A stretch of DNA of 57,006 bases, filler included, from Dugesia japonica (lineage: Eukaryota): assembly GCA_001938525.1 (NCBI GenBank). It is 5 parts of 5 records of this genome, joined end to end, with 100 filler letters (N's around TTAATTAATTAA, not from the genome) between each part and the next. Parts side by side here need not be neighbours in the genome. Positions count along the whole stretch, not along the records: positions 28,410 to 40,655 come from MQRL01618801.1; positions 40,756 to 57,006 come from MQRL01642553.1; 3 more parts are not named here. One strand, 5' to 3'. Below the pieces are notes generated by a model. The model made no database searches. It was not told the DNA's origin and saw nothing but the letters and a program-made list of their open reading frames with translations. Shown one piece after another: positions 37,801-50,806 of the stretch. Positions within the stretch are counted from its first letter, which is position 1. Every line of letters starts with the position of its first letter. Made by a program: the position numbers and the translations under genes.

Positions 37801-37962
37801 ATAGCTTTTGAGGAATCAGTTATGCAATAATGTCTGTGCACTAAAATCATACACACATTCAAACAGTCAATTGCGCATTTACCTATTATCACATACATAT
37901 GTGAATTTACTTATATAAAGGTCAAAATGAAAATATTATAATATTCTTAGTCATATCTCACA
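34846..37962 (-). mobile_element. Complete-bounded but internally deleted Ty3/gypsy LTR retrotransposon (3.1 kb)
   Basis: 234-bp TG...CA LTRs at 34846-35079 and 37729-37962 (~86% identical by eye). ATGGT TSD on both sides. PBS TGGCGACCACG and PPT AAAAGGTGAGAA. Gag, protease LLDTGS, RT N-half and integrase remnants. Confidence 0.95.
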
Positions 37963-40900
37963 ATGGTCTTAGTAATAATGTACAATTATGAAATCTGTTT
38001 ATATTTGTATAATTTTTGTATATTCTTCAGTGTATACATAATAAAATTTGTATGGAATTAATGTTATTGATAAAGTACATAATAACTTTAGTGTACAAAG
38101 TTTTATACTTATTTATTATTTTATTGACTATAAGTTATTAGTGTATGTTGTATTGAATCTATTGCATTACTGCTTAATGTTTAGTGATATGTTATGAATT
38201 AATGAAAACGTGTATGTTTTAATAAAAATCAGTCCATTTATATGATATTTGATTAAAATTTTGAGAAATTAATCGCCATTTATGACAATTTCCTATATGA
38301 AGAATGTATATATTAGGTTAATAAGTAATGAAATTGTTATATAAATAAGACAAGCTTGTATACCATTGTTATTTTTCTTCATGAAACTCTTAATTAATCA
38401 GTTAAAACGGTCATATCCAATGAAAACAATTCATGAAATACTCTCATATTCTTTAGGAGTGTTTTTTAAGTAACATAGTGACTAGTAGCAACTGATTATT
38501 TGAGTATCATGACAAATTATTACTTAATAAGCTTATTCAGCTTATATGTTGCATAATTATACATNAAAGTTTTGCCATGCACCCTTTTCAACAAATTATT
38601 TAACCTTTATCATCATCTAACTGCATTTCTGTTTGCTTCTCGGCATACAAATTTCCATTAGTTTTCTTAATTTTTCAATGTTTTATAACTTTCCCAGAGT
38701 TTAGTTAGGTATATAAAAACCCAGTAAATACAGTAAACAAGTGAACAAAGTAAGCAAATAGCTACTGAAAGTCGATCTGATACAGTAAAGCCTATGTGTT
38801 TCAGTAAAATCCATGTGTTTGAGTAAAACCAGTGTAATTTATTAAGTCAATAAATACCACATATAGTACTTAATTGAATCAATTTTTTCAAGTAAATTAT
38901 TCAACTTATTACTAATTTATCAAGTGAATATGCATCAATTCCAATCCCCTATACACTAATTTCATTGAACCATGAATAGATTTAAGACACCTATGCTTAA
39001 ATTACAATTACCTGTGTAAGGATTGTGGGCCTCTATGTGTAAATTGTTACTATCTATTGTACATTGAGACATTAGTTTGTAATATGTAAAAATAGAAATT
39101 TATTTTGATCACAGAATTTTATAAAATTTCTATAGATTTTCATAAAATAATAATAAATATATACTAACTCCATAAGTAATTTCATTAAAATTTTATAGAC
39201 CCCTAATTAAAATAAAGATTAATTTTATTANGATTTGTTAAATGTCCATTAATTTTCTTAAGTTTCATAAATTTTATTAATTTTTCTAAATTAATTAATT
39301 GCATTAAAGTTCATCGATTACAATAGGTTTTATAGTTTTTATTAGAGTTTAGTGGTAGTTTTTACATAGTAGTTCAATGGTTATAGTATATGGATAAATA
39401 AAAACAATAGTTTACCATACGAACATTATAGTACTTTATTAGTAATTATTTTAATTTGATATTTTATAATTTCAGTCAAGATAGTAATCAATTGAGTCAT
39501 TCATTCATCAGATTTTCATTTTTATAAATATTATCTATAAAAATATCTTTGTATCGTTATTTTGTATTTACTTTATTTTTTATATTAATTTTGATATTTT
39601 TTCATTGAGTTATACATTAAAGTACTTGTTTTTCAATTTATTTTACTTAGGATAAATATTGACGATTTTTAATTATGTTATTCGTAATGAGCATAGAAAT
39701 CTCTATCAAATAGATGGTTTATGTTTAAATTAGAGTTACTCTTTCAAAATTCATTATCTCTTCGAGGAGACTCAAAATATATAAACTTGTTTTTCAATAT
39801 AACTTTGTATGTAGAAGGTTTGACGCTTTTAGATGATGATATTGTTAATTACCGTAAAATTCTCTATCTAATAGATAGTTTAATTATATCATTTCAGATA
39901 CTTTTATTTTTACTTAATTATTTAGAATTACAAAATTTAAACTTTTTTCAAAAATAATTTGATTTGACAAATTTTTACCTTATATATTCTTGATCAGTAA
40001 AAATGTCACTATTGAATACTACTAAGATCATTAAATTTGAATGAAAATTATAAAAAATAATTTTTTATTTGTGTCGGTTAAGCATCCGAAACTATAAAGA
40101 TTCCAAAAACATTGTGCGATAACTCGTCAGACGTTCTAGTACACTATGACTTTTTTTTTAGATAGAACGATGCATCCTACACCATAAGTCGTTTAGACAA
40201 TGTATAAATAGAATTTTAATTCTAACGCAACCATATCATAAGGACTTCAAAAAATCAAAAACTGTACAGTGCGATTGAGTGCACTTTCACCTTTGCACAC
40301 ATATAATTTTGCACACAACATCCATCTCCATCAAACCTGCACCAAAATATCCGTCATAACTTCCCAAACACACACACAATACCTACAATACCAAATTTTA
40401 ATGCCCTGAGAACAAAAAAATATAATCATGATCAAAGAAAACCTCTGATCAAAAATATGATCATCCCAAAAATCATTTAAAAAATACACGATAGCCAATA
40501 TCTAATTTATAGAACAGTGTTATTTTTTCTCGCTAGGCTGGGAGGTGTTCCAGTGCGTTTAATAATATTTAGCTGTGTATAGCTTATTGAAATTTATTTA
40601 ATTTTGTATATGAAATTATGAGTCCAATTATTCTCAAAATTTTGTTATACTTAATNNNNNNNNNNNNNNNNNNNNNNNNNNNNNNNNNNNNNNNNNNNNT
40701 TAATTAATTAANNNNNNNNNNNNNNNNNNNNNNNNNNNNNNNNNNNNNNNNNNNNTATTATTATTATTATTATGAAATTTTTTTATAGTAATCGTAAAGG
40801 TTTTTAATTTAATTTTGACAGACATATTTCATTTAGAATATTATGGGATATTTAAAACTTATTAAATCTTTCGCTGCTCCAACCGTAAATATTCGATCCG

Positions 40901-41485
40901 AGCCTGTTAATTCGCGACGTGATTTTAAATTATTCTCTGTTCAACACAACCTTTTTATATCATATGCAACGGAAGTGATGTTTTTGTGCAGTAAAATTAA
41001 AAACTTTCGCACAGCGAGAACGAAATCTCAAAAATCATTGCGCAGTGAAATATATTACTTATATTAAATTATTTTTTTACTCAAATTTTATTTAAAAAAT
41101 ATTATTAAAAATAACTGTCATGATTTGATAAGAAATTAACATTTTATATTTTAATTATTAGTTATAAATATCAAATTATTTTATAAATACACAGATGTAC
41201 CAGCACCAATTATGAAAAGAATTTAATTTTCCGCAGATTTTCTTAGAAATTTTATGGGAATTGAAAACTTAAACGACTCTTCTAAAATTGAAAAAAGAAA
41301 CTAAAACGCCTTCATTTAATATTTTTCATTAATAAATTCATAGAAGTCATTTTTAATGCAGATTCTAACAATTGAATTAAAATAAATCAAATCAATATTT
41401 AAATACTAGCATATAATTGTTATTATTTATCATAAGATCTTTAATTTTCTTTATATTACTACTTTTCCCGTTTTTTTGTTTAAAT

Positions 41486-42392
41486 CAGTGTTTCTTAAAC
41501 TTTTTTTTGAAGATTTGAAATTTTCATGGACCCCGTATTATATTTCTAACTTTTATCTTACAAAATACGTATTTAATATATATTATTGACACTAAAAAAA
41601 TTAAGTTAAATTTTTTGTTTATGAAAATATATTAAAAAAATAACAATCAAAAAACAAAAAGAACCGAATTTTTTTATGAATTATTTTGCATTATTATGCA
41701 TTGTTATGCATTATTTTATTAATTTTATATCAAAAACATAAAACTTTATTTATATCTACTTTTGCTTATCAATTTTGCTGTTGTTGTTTGGTATCTTAAA
41801 AATATCAATGTTTTATTGTTTCTAAGGTAAAGAAAAGGCACGGGATAAAATTTTTGTAATAACAACGACATTAATTAATCAAAATCCTATATTTTTGAAT
41901 TTTTAAAATGTCTTTTTATACAATTTTTAAAATTTTAAAACTTAAAATTGTTTTCTTCAATCAATTTATAGTAATTCTTTTTGATTTTTTTTATGAAAAA
42001 GCAAATAAAAAATTTGAAGAACTGTTAAGGAGACTTAATATTGACGATTTTATTTAGACAATCATAAATCGTTACTATTACTTTTTAGAATTTATGAACG
42101 TCATATGTTGAAAACTGAAAAGGATAAAAACTAAAAAAAAATAATTAACTTTTCAAGTCGTGCCAGAAGGATTGGTCATTCTAAAAACAGGGCACCTAAA
42201 AGAGACTACTATATATGTATTAAATCTGCTAAGCTTGAATTGTCTAATTATAAAATGTACTAAAAATACCAAAACATAATTTATTAGTCACGGACTCCTT
42301 TGAATCCCCTTCTCTGATAAATTCCTCTACGGACCCCCTGAATCAATCAACGGACACTAGGGGGTCCGTACGGACCACTTTGAGAAACACCG
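41486..42392. mobile_element. Non-autonomous hAT (Charlie/Buster-type) element
   Basis: TIRs CAGTGTTTCTTAAA / TTTGAGAAACACCG, 8-bp TSD GTTTAAAT/GTCTAAAT, and subterminal GGACCCC/GGGGTCC motifs. Confidence 0.88.
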
Positions 42393-43699
42393 GTCTAAAT
42401 CATAAGAAATATTATGTTTTTCGGAAATTAACTTCGGTTTTTTATGTCCAGCTGTTATAGTCTTATTTTAAAGCAGTTTTAATTTATTAAATCAATACTC
42501 ATTACGATAATTTAAATATCTAGTTTGATTTTGTTTTAATATATCAAATTATTTTTAGATGGGATATATTTGTAAATGTATGAAATATTTTATTATTTTA
42601 TTAACGAAGAGTTATAGAAAATTTCGGTCAATGTTTGGAGAAACCCAGCACCAATGTCATATTACGTTTTTTATAATGTAGAATTTTAAAGAAAATCTTC
42701 ATTTCAAAGAATATTTTTCCATTTAAAAGAAAACTAAGAAAAATACACATAATTTTAGTGACATAAACGTTTGTATTTTAGAGATATATTTATTAATTTA
42801 TGAATCATGATGATCAATTAATCGGCTGCTAAAGAAGTTCAAATTTTGTATCTATTTTTTATACAGGTATGAAGAAAGATTTCATGGAAAGGTTTCAATG
42901 AATTAAACAGTCAAAATCTGTTGATAAACATTCAATACTCCAGCGCGCATAACGCATAACAAATAGAAGTAATTGATGGACAATTTCTACTTAACGCTAT
43001 GAAATAATTGTTTTAGAATTTCCATAAAATCTATGATATTCAATCAAGAAAAAACGCTTTGTCGTTTTTAATAATTATTTGTTCATTAATAATGACAGAA
43101 AAAAAATGAAATCCAGAAATTGATTTTTTAATGGCGGCATTCATAGATAAATTGGTTATTGTTATTATTGTTTATTAAACTTTGTCAGAAAAAACTAATA
43201 AAACGTTACAAAATAATTAAATTAATTAATCTATTTGGTTAATAAAAAATTTATTTCCTGAAATTTATCATGAGAACCTTTGTCTTTTTTTTAAAAAAAA
43301 TATTTCCAATAATCAATTTTATTTTTTAGAAGATAAATTTCTCGATTAAATTTCATAGAATAAAATAGAAGAGAAAACATGTCTATTATATATTTAAGAC
43401 TAAAATGTTTGTAATTTTAATTTTCTGAACTTTTTTTATTTAAAAATCTTTTTTTAAGTTCAAGAATATCATTTGAAGTAAAAACATATTTCTAGATTTT
43501 CGCACATATCCACCTTCTATTATTTTATATTATTTCAAAATTAATTTCATTTCTTACAAAACAAAAGAACTATTTATGACCAGTTACAATGATTAACACT
43601 TTGTTTTAATATTATTTAGAAATTGTGTTATTTTTAATTATAATAAATATATTATTGAAGAATGATTTTGAAAGTGACTTAACTGGCGACTACGCCGAA

Positions 43700-46355
43700 A
43701 ATGTTAATGTGTTGACATGCCAACAACGAAAATTAATTTTAGAAGCCTTGCCTAAGAATACTCAGGAGCTGATCAATTTTAATATAAAAAATTTGATGGC
43801 AAAGATGCTCCATAGGCAACAGCATAGCTGAAAGAAATCGACGAATGTCTCATTGTGAATGAATTAAGTTTGATAAGAATTTTTGATCTCCTTTTATCAG
43901 ATGAAGCCAGAGTTTTATGGAGAAATTATACGTCGAACAGAATTACGGAAGAAAAGGCAAAAAAGTGGTTTGTAGACACTTTTACAATAAAGAAATCTAT
44001 CACAGAATGATAATAAAGCTTGCAACAGTAAAACAAGAATCAGAAGAGAGATTTGCAACGTTTGAAATACGAGTAAGAAATTTAGATAACTGTGTATTGA
44101 ATTGAGTGTTATGTAATGACGAAATTGTAAATGATTTGCTGACAAAGAAAGTCAGGAATCAAAATTTGCGGGAGACGCATAAAACAAGACCAGAAATGAA
44201 AGTTGCCGAGAGATCTCTGACAAAGATTAATGAAGATAAAGAAATTTCCAACGCTTGCTGGAAATAAAGATATTTACGGAATACATAGAAAAAGCTATTC
44301 AAATGCGTTAAAAGGAGACCGAAGTAGTCATGACAGATGAGCTGAAAACCAGCCATCAATTAATTTTAAAACCAATAATAATGCGAGATATGAAAAAACC
44401 AAGAACGTAAATGTCAACGTATCAGAGAAATTTCAACGAGAGAATGTCACAACCGGTAATTACAGAGAACAGGACACAGAGTTTAAGTAGAAAACCGACT
44501 GTATCGATGAAACATATTGCAAGATGTCATTTTAACAGATGTAGAGGATTACCTGAACCACAAGAAGACAGATTTAGAGAAGGACGATGTTATTGTTGTG
44601 AAGAACATGGATATATGCGTTATCAATGTCCATTAAAAGATATATGTTTGATATTCTGAAAAGCTGGAAACAATTTCTGGCAATACTATCTTGTGCAAAG
44701 TCGATCTAATAGCGGAAATACTAAAATTCTATGCATCCAAGAACAACAAAAGGTGCAAACTGACGAAGATTAAAGCTTTGAAATGCATAATATTGTCAAA
44801 GGAAAAAACCAGAACAATTCCGTTGCATACATTTCGTCAGTGAAATTAGTTTAAGAAGGGATAACCCAAATCGAAATAATGAGGACAGAAGAAGGATGTA
44901 TGAAAAAGAAGACGGGAGAGAGTGGAGCAGAGTAGACGTGAATGGAGTAAAATTGGAAATGTTGTTAGATTCGGTAGCATCGATTACAGTTATGAGCGAA
45001 GAGTACTGGTTGAAGGTAGGAAAACCATCCTTGTTATGTTGCAAGGTAATATTAAATGGGGTATTTTCAAGCAGTGAAGAGAAGCCGTTAGGATGTGTAT
45101 AACTGAGCGTTAAATGGAATAATAAAGTGAGAGTTATTAAAATCGTAATAGTTAAAAAGATACGACCACGATTTATTGGTGGGATAGATGCAATGAAAAG
45201 TTTGGGAATAAAACTGATAAAAGTTAATAACATTGAAACTGAATGTTTGGGAAAAAACCATTCAAATGATGATAGAAAGAATTACGCATTAAATGTCTTC
45301 AAAAAACCAATAACAAAGATTTAAATGATCTAATTTCAAAGTTTGGTGAAATATTCATGGTGTCTAAGTTTGTTATAGGATAAAAAAAACAAGTAATACA
45401 TGAAATAAAAGTATTTGAAGATCTAATTGTTCAACATCCCCGGAGACAACCGAGATAATCAATGCACTTGGAAAAGAAGATTGACGAAATGATATAGAAC
45501 TTAATAGGTATTGGGGTAATTAGCAAATGTAAAAGTCCGTGTAATTCACCTTTAGTAATTATTGGGTAAAAAGATGGTTCGATAAGAATGTGTGTAGATT
45601 ATTGACAACTGAATATGATGACTGAAAAAGTTTCATTTCCGATGCCAGACATCCAGTTATTATTGGATTGCTTAGCAGGTGCAAAATATTTTCTTCAATT
45701 GATCTAGGACAAGCTTACTATTAGGTAGAACTATCAGAAAGCTCGAGAGATGTTACGGCGTTTAGTACAAAAGAGGGTCAATATTAGGTTCAATTGGATT
45801 CCATTTGGGTTAGCAACTGCATCTGCAACGTTTCAAAAGTTGATGCATGATATGTTGGCAGGGGTAATTTTTAAAGGTGTCATTGTGTATCTAGATGATA
45901 TATTAATGTATGAAAGAACGGTCGAAGATCATAATGAAATTTTGAAAGAAGTTTTTAACAGAATAAGAGAATCAGCATTGAGAATAAATCCAAAAGAATT
46001 TTAATTTTATCAAAAACAACTGGTCTTTTTGGGACACGCAATAAGTGCAGAAGGAATAAAATATACGAAACGAAGATTCAGGAAATAAAAAATGCCAAAT
46101 AACTTAAATGTTCATCTAAACTCAGATCTTTTCTTGGCTTAACGAATTACTATAGATATTTTGTCAAGAATTACGCCAGAATTGAAACACCTTTATACGA
46201 AGCTATTTTAGAATGTGACAAAACCTTGATGTGAAGAGAAGCACGCAGAAAAAGTTTTGAAAACTTAAAAGACAAGTTATGTAATGCACCAATTCTAGAT
46301 TACCCAAGAGAAAAAAGAATGTTTATCCTAGATACTGATGCATGTTTCCGAGCTA
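43700..46355 (+). pseudogene. gypsy gag-pol (zinc knuckle, protease, RT, RNase H N-terminus)
   Basis: CYCCEEHGYMRYQC; MLLDSVAS; RMCVDY; IPFGLATASATFQ; VYLDDIL (YLDD 45888-45899); FILDTDA, interrupted at 46355. Confidence 0.92.
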
Positions 46356-46490
46356 GGTAGATGTAAAATGACGGTTTCCACGCAAGGTTGTACCCTACGC
46401 TTGTAAATGCATCGGTTTACTTTCGTAATTATAAATAGTAAAATAGAATAGGGTAAATAATCGCGTGGAAACTGTCATTTTACATCTACT
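46356..46490. repeat. 135-bp terminal fold-back with (A/G)GTAG...CTACT ends
   Basis: GGTAGATGTAAAATGACGGTTTCCACGC (46356-46383) versus reverse complement of 46463-46490, AGTAGATGTAAAATGACAGTTTCCACGC (26/28 match). It starts exactly where gypsy RNase H breaks. Confidence 0.9.
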
Positions 46491-46555
46491 TAAGGTATTG
46501 TTTTGATTTTTGAATTTGGATTTTTTAAAGTATAATTAAATTTTTAAATAATAAA

Positions 46556-46795
46556 ATGAAAGAATATACTTGTAATAATTGTAAAGAAAAATTTGATGGG
46601 AAAGCAAAATTATATGAACATTTAGATAGAAATCGTTTTGACTTAAACTATTATAAAAATGTTTTAACTTATGAATGGCATTGTGGTTATTGTGATAAAA
46701 AATTAAAGATTAGTAAAAATAAATTTAAAAAACATAAAAAATTATGTCTTATAAATAAATTTAAACAAATAAAATTATACAAAAGAATAAATTGA
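46556..46795 (+). CDS. Small zinc-finger protein (79 aa)
   Basis: Open ORF with YTCNNCKEKF...LYEHL and WHCGYCDK...KKHKKLC. Confidence 0.65.
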   Translation: MKEYTCNNCKEKFDGKAKLYEHLDRNRFDLNYYKNVLTYEWHCGYCDKKLKISKNKFKKHKKLCLINKFKQIKLYKRIN

Positions 46796-46985
46796 AGATA
46801 TTCATAAATATTATATTAAAAGTTTTATATATATGAGCAATCATGTATATTATAAAAAATAATTTTTGTTATTATTAAGGTTCTGATTAGGTTTCGATTA
46901 TATTCAGTTAAGGTTCTGATTAGGTTCTATATGATTTTGTTCAGTTAAGGTACTGTATGATTCTGTAAAAACTTTTATTAATAAA

Positions 46986-47318
46986 ATGGTTAGTCAAGAA
47001 ATAACGCAAAATAATTTTTATAAAGTCTTAAAAAGTTATAATTTTATGGAAAATTCTGTCACAGGTTTTTGTAAACAAAATAATGTAGATGATAAAATAG
47101 TAATAAAATATTTAAGAGAATTTAATATTCCTTATAATAGAAAAAAGCATATTAAATTTTCAGAAAGAGATGTTAATGGTCAATATAAATCTTTAATAAA
47201 ACGATTTGATAAAAACCCAACGGACCCCATAAACAAACACAAAATCAAAATCCCAACGAGGCCCATTCTACCAGAGCAATTCAAAATCCAAAACCCAAAA
47301 TCGATTATCATAAAATGA
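46986..47318 (+). CDS. Orphan basic protein (110 aa), conserved with 580-802
   Basis: Open ORF with an AAAATG start; a homolog follows the other fold-back in this window. Confidence 0.7.
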   Translation: MVSQEITQNNFYKVLKSYNFMENSVTGFCKQNNVDDKIVIKYLREFNIPYNRKKHIKFSERDVNGQYKSLIKRFDKNPTDPINKHKIKIPTRPILPEQFKIQNPKSIIIK

Positions 47319-48045
47319 GTGATTTAGATTTTCTAAAAGTTGTTGAAAATACTATTCGAAAGAAATTANAGAATTTTATTTTTTCACTAAAGAAAATGGT
47401 TAGTAAAAAAACCAATGTTAATAAAATAGAAGAAGACTTGGGTATAAATACTTTATATGCCAGCATGAATAATAATTTTTCTAAACTTGAAAATTTTAGA
47501 ATTAGTGAAATTGAAAAATTTATCAATTATGAAATTACAAATAAAACAGCAAAAAAATATTTAACAATTTTAAAAGAAATGTATTTACAACTTGAAACCT
47601 TTAATGATAATGATAAGTTCAAAACATTATTAAGTATTATGGTTTCCAAATTTTGTGAAGCAGAATGTAAAGGGAAATTAATAACTCACTGTTCTAAAGA
47701 AGATGCAAAAATGTAGAAATTATAAAACAATTGGAAAGAGATTATCAAAAAGAAAGAGATGAATGTAATAAATTAAGAGAACAATTAAATTTAGAACAAA
47801 AACCAAACTTTATTGAATATCCAGGTTTGAATCTTTCATTAATAAAATGGGAAGATGAAGATGCAATTATTTCAAATCAGGATTGTATAAATTTTGCTAA
47901 AAAAATAAAAGAAAATAGTGATAATTTACGTGAAAGATTAACAAGAGTAAAAGTACCAGAAGAATATGAATATGATGTAAAAAGAGTTTATGTAGCCAAA
48001 AATGATTTACCAAATTATGAAGTAAAAACTTCCAATTCTAAATAA
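47315..48045 (+). pseudogene. Orphan ORF (47315-47716 plus in-register continuation 47731-48045 after a break)
   Basis: ATG overlaps the stop of the previous ORF; K/E/N-rich coding-like composition; no recognised motif. Confidence 0.45.
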
Positions 48046-48074
48046 ATTATTTTGTTATTTTTTGTCTTTAGAAA

Positions 48075-49385
48075 ATGGAGCTACGCAACATAATAGAAAC
48101 AAAACTTGATCTTGACAGTGATATTAATTTCCAACATTTATTTTTGAAAAATTCAATTAATCATTTAATGTTCTCTGGAGATATAGTTTTTCAATCTTTA
48201 CAATCTTCAAATCCATTAGACATTTCTTATTCAATGTTGTAGTATATAATAGAGATAAATGTAACAGATGAAAAAAAATAACTTTGGAAAATAAGTGGTT
48301 TCCAAGTTTATTCAAAACAATGAGATTAACTTTAGGATTTTCGGATGTAGAAATAATTCATGATCCAGGAATAAAATCAACAATATTAAATTTTATAACA
48401 ACCACTTCAACTTGTAAAAATATTTATTGTGAATCATCTGGATGGATTCCAGACACAAACAACGGAGATTTAGATGTAGAAGGTCTTGATGCAAATTTAG
48501 GTTTTTATAAAAGAAATAAACCTTTTAACTCAAAAAAGAAGTTTGTGGGTTGTTTTCCATTAAAATATTTATTTGGATTTATGCAATGCTACAATAGATT
48601 GTTTTATATAATACAAAGATTAAATTTATATGTAACAGACAAATTTATGATAAATTATTATTTTACGGTGATAAAAATAAAACAGCAACTTTAAAATTAA
48701 CAACTTTAGAATTATATTTACGAGAATGTAGATTATTACCAAAAATGGAAGTAAATCTGTTGGAAAGAATTTATTCAAATAAATCTATTCAAGTTTCGCT
48801 TTTAAATAGAATTACTTCAAGTACAACTTTAGATTCTGGAAATAAGTATTTACTTAAACTGAGTAATTTAGTTTATAAACCAAAATATATATTTATGGTA
48901 ATAAAGATGAAGGTATTTCTTATCAAAAGAATAATAATTTATTTATTCAAAGAATATCAAAAACTGTAAAGAAAAAAGTAGGAACTGAAGAAAAAGAAGA
49001 AACTACTTACCAAGCTCTCAAAAGTATTCAAATTTAATTAAATAATACATATTATCCAATAAATGAATGTAAATTTAATATTGATGATAATGATATGATT
49101 TTCCCGTATTTAAATTATATAAAATGTTGTAAAGACTTTTTCAATGAATCTCAGTTATCATTACAAGAGTTTGGAAATTTATACCCGATCTTTTGTTTTG
49201 ATGTTTGTTCCCAAGATGATAAATTAAATATTAATACTGTTGATGTAACTTTACATATAACTAAAGATCCTGGTTTAAAAGGAAGTTTGTGTTGGTGTAT
49301 TTTAGAAGAAAAACATATATAAATGAAATTATCAGATAGTAAAATTGTAATGGTTGAAAATACACGAGGAGAAAAATTAGTTTAA
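48075..49385 (+). pseudogene. Divergent Polinton-like double jelly-roll major capsid protein
   Basis: About 435 codons across frameshifts: NKWFPSLFKTMRL...VEIIHDPGI.STI; FPLKYLFGF; KPKYIF; LNNTYYP; F..LYPIFCFDV..Q. Confidence 0.75.
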
Positions 49386-49599
49386 TATTTGGACTGCGCA
49401 AGTAATCCCCAAATTCTCTAATTAGATTTTAAATAAAATGGATAATAAAAGTGTTTGTAAAAATTGAAATAAAATATTACTTAAGAAAAAATAAACCAAG
49501 ATATTTACGAATTTGTTTAAAGCGAGAGCGAGAGCAAGCTAGTGGTGATCGCGAAGCTCCTTCCAGTCACGAGCAAAAGCGAGCTCAAGCCGTAGGCGA

Positions 49600-49930
49600 C
49601 ATACAATCTTCTAAATTAACTTCTGCAATTTTAAAACCATTTACTTGGGAAAAATATCCGGGTGAAAGACATTTGTTTAAACATAACTATACTAGTCCAG
49701 GAACAAGATTAAATTTAAGATTAGACGAAAATAATAATCCTAAACCTGGAGAAGAACCAATTAATAGAGTAGTTGAAGCTGCTTTAAAACATGATTTTTT
49801 TTAGAAAATCTGAAGATTTAAGAGATTCATGATTTGAATAATTTTCCAAATCCAACTTCTTCTGAAAAAATACAAAGAGCTCTTGTAAAATTAGCAATGA
49901 AAGGTAAAATCGTCGCCGGAGGCTCCTTGA
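49600..49930 (+). pseudogene. Parvovirus-type phospholipase A2 domain (adintovirus PLA2X-like)
   Basis: PGERHLFKHNYTSPGTRL..RL...PINRVVEAALKHD, i.e. the YxGPG Ca-loop and DxxAxxHD motifs, each with one substitution. Confidence 0.85.
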
Positions 49931-49984
49931 TCGAAGGGATTCTTTTAGGTGCTGGTGTAAGCTCAAATACAGATTTAAATTTAA

Positions 49985-50782
49985 AAAATAAAGAAATACT
50001 ATCAAATGAATTACTTAAAGATTATAGAAAACCAAAACATTTTCTCAAAGTAATAATAAAATAAAAAGATAATACTTGAGGCTGTGATATTTTTGATATG
50101 GTTAAAAAATCAACCGAGGGTTATAGATATATTTTAGTTTGCATTGATTTATATTCTAGATATGGTTTTTGTGTATCAATAAAAAATAAAAATCAAGAAT
50201 CTTTACGAGACGCTTATGAAAATATATGTGAAGAAAATAATAGAATTCATGATTATATTTGGTTTGATAAAGAATCGGCAATTAGATTAAAATACTTTGA
50301 TAAATTCCTTAAAGAAAATGAAATTAATTTGTATCACACTGAAAACGAAGGTAAATCAGTTTTTGCTGAAACATTTATTAGGACTTTAAAAACTAAAATT
50401 TGGAAATACTTTACTCTAGTCGGAAACCAAAAAGGGAATAATAATTTATTACAAAGAATTGTAAACGAATTAAATATAACATTAATGTAACTCCAAAAGA
50501 AGCTAGTGAAAATTCTGAGAAAATAAAAGAAATAATCGAAGATCACAACCATGAAAATGATAACTTTAGTTTTAAACCGAAATTTAAAATTGGAGAAAGA
50601 GTTAGAATCTTTAAATATAAATATAAATTTGAAAAAGGTTTTACAGCCAAATGGACAAATGAAATATTTGTTGTAACCCAAGTATATAATACAAAACCAA
50701 TAACATATGGAATTACAGTTTTAGAAAATGAAAAGATTTTGGGTAGATTTTATAGTAATGAATTAAAAAAAACTGTTTTATA
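49985..50782 (+). pseudogene. Polinton-type rve integrase
   Basis: LSNELLK; W.CDIFDM; GYRYILVCIDLYSRY; IWFDKES; KSVFAETFIRTLK; PKFKIGERVRI; FEKGFTAKWTNEIF; GRFYSNEL. Confidence 0.92.
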
Positions 50783-50806
50783 AATTTAAAATTAATAAAT
50801 TTAAAA

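Noticed and set aside
37963-41485. Short ORFs at 39721 and 40843 and surrounding AT-rich DNA as host exons
   Set aside because: No recognisable domains or consistent splice structure by eye.
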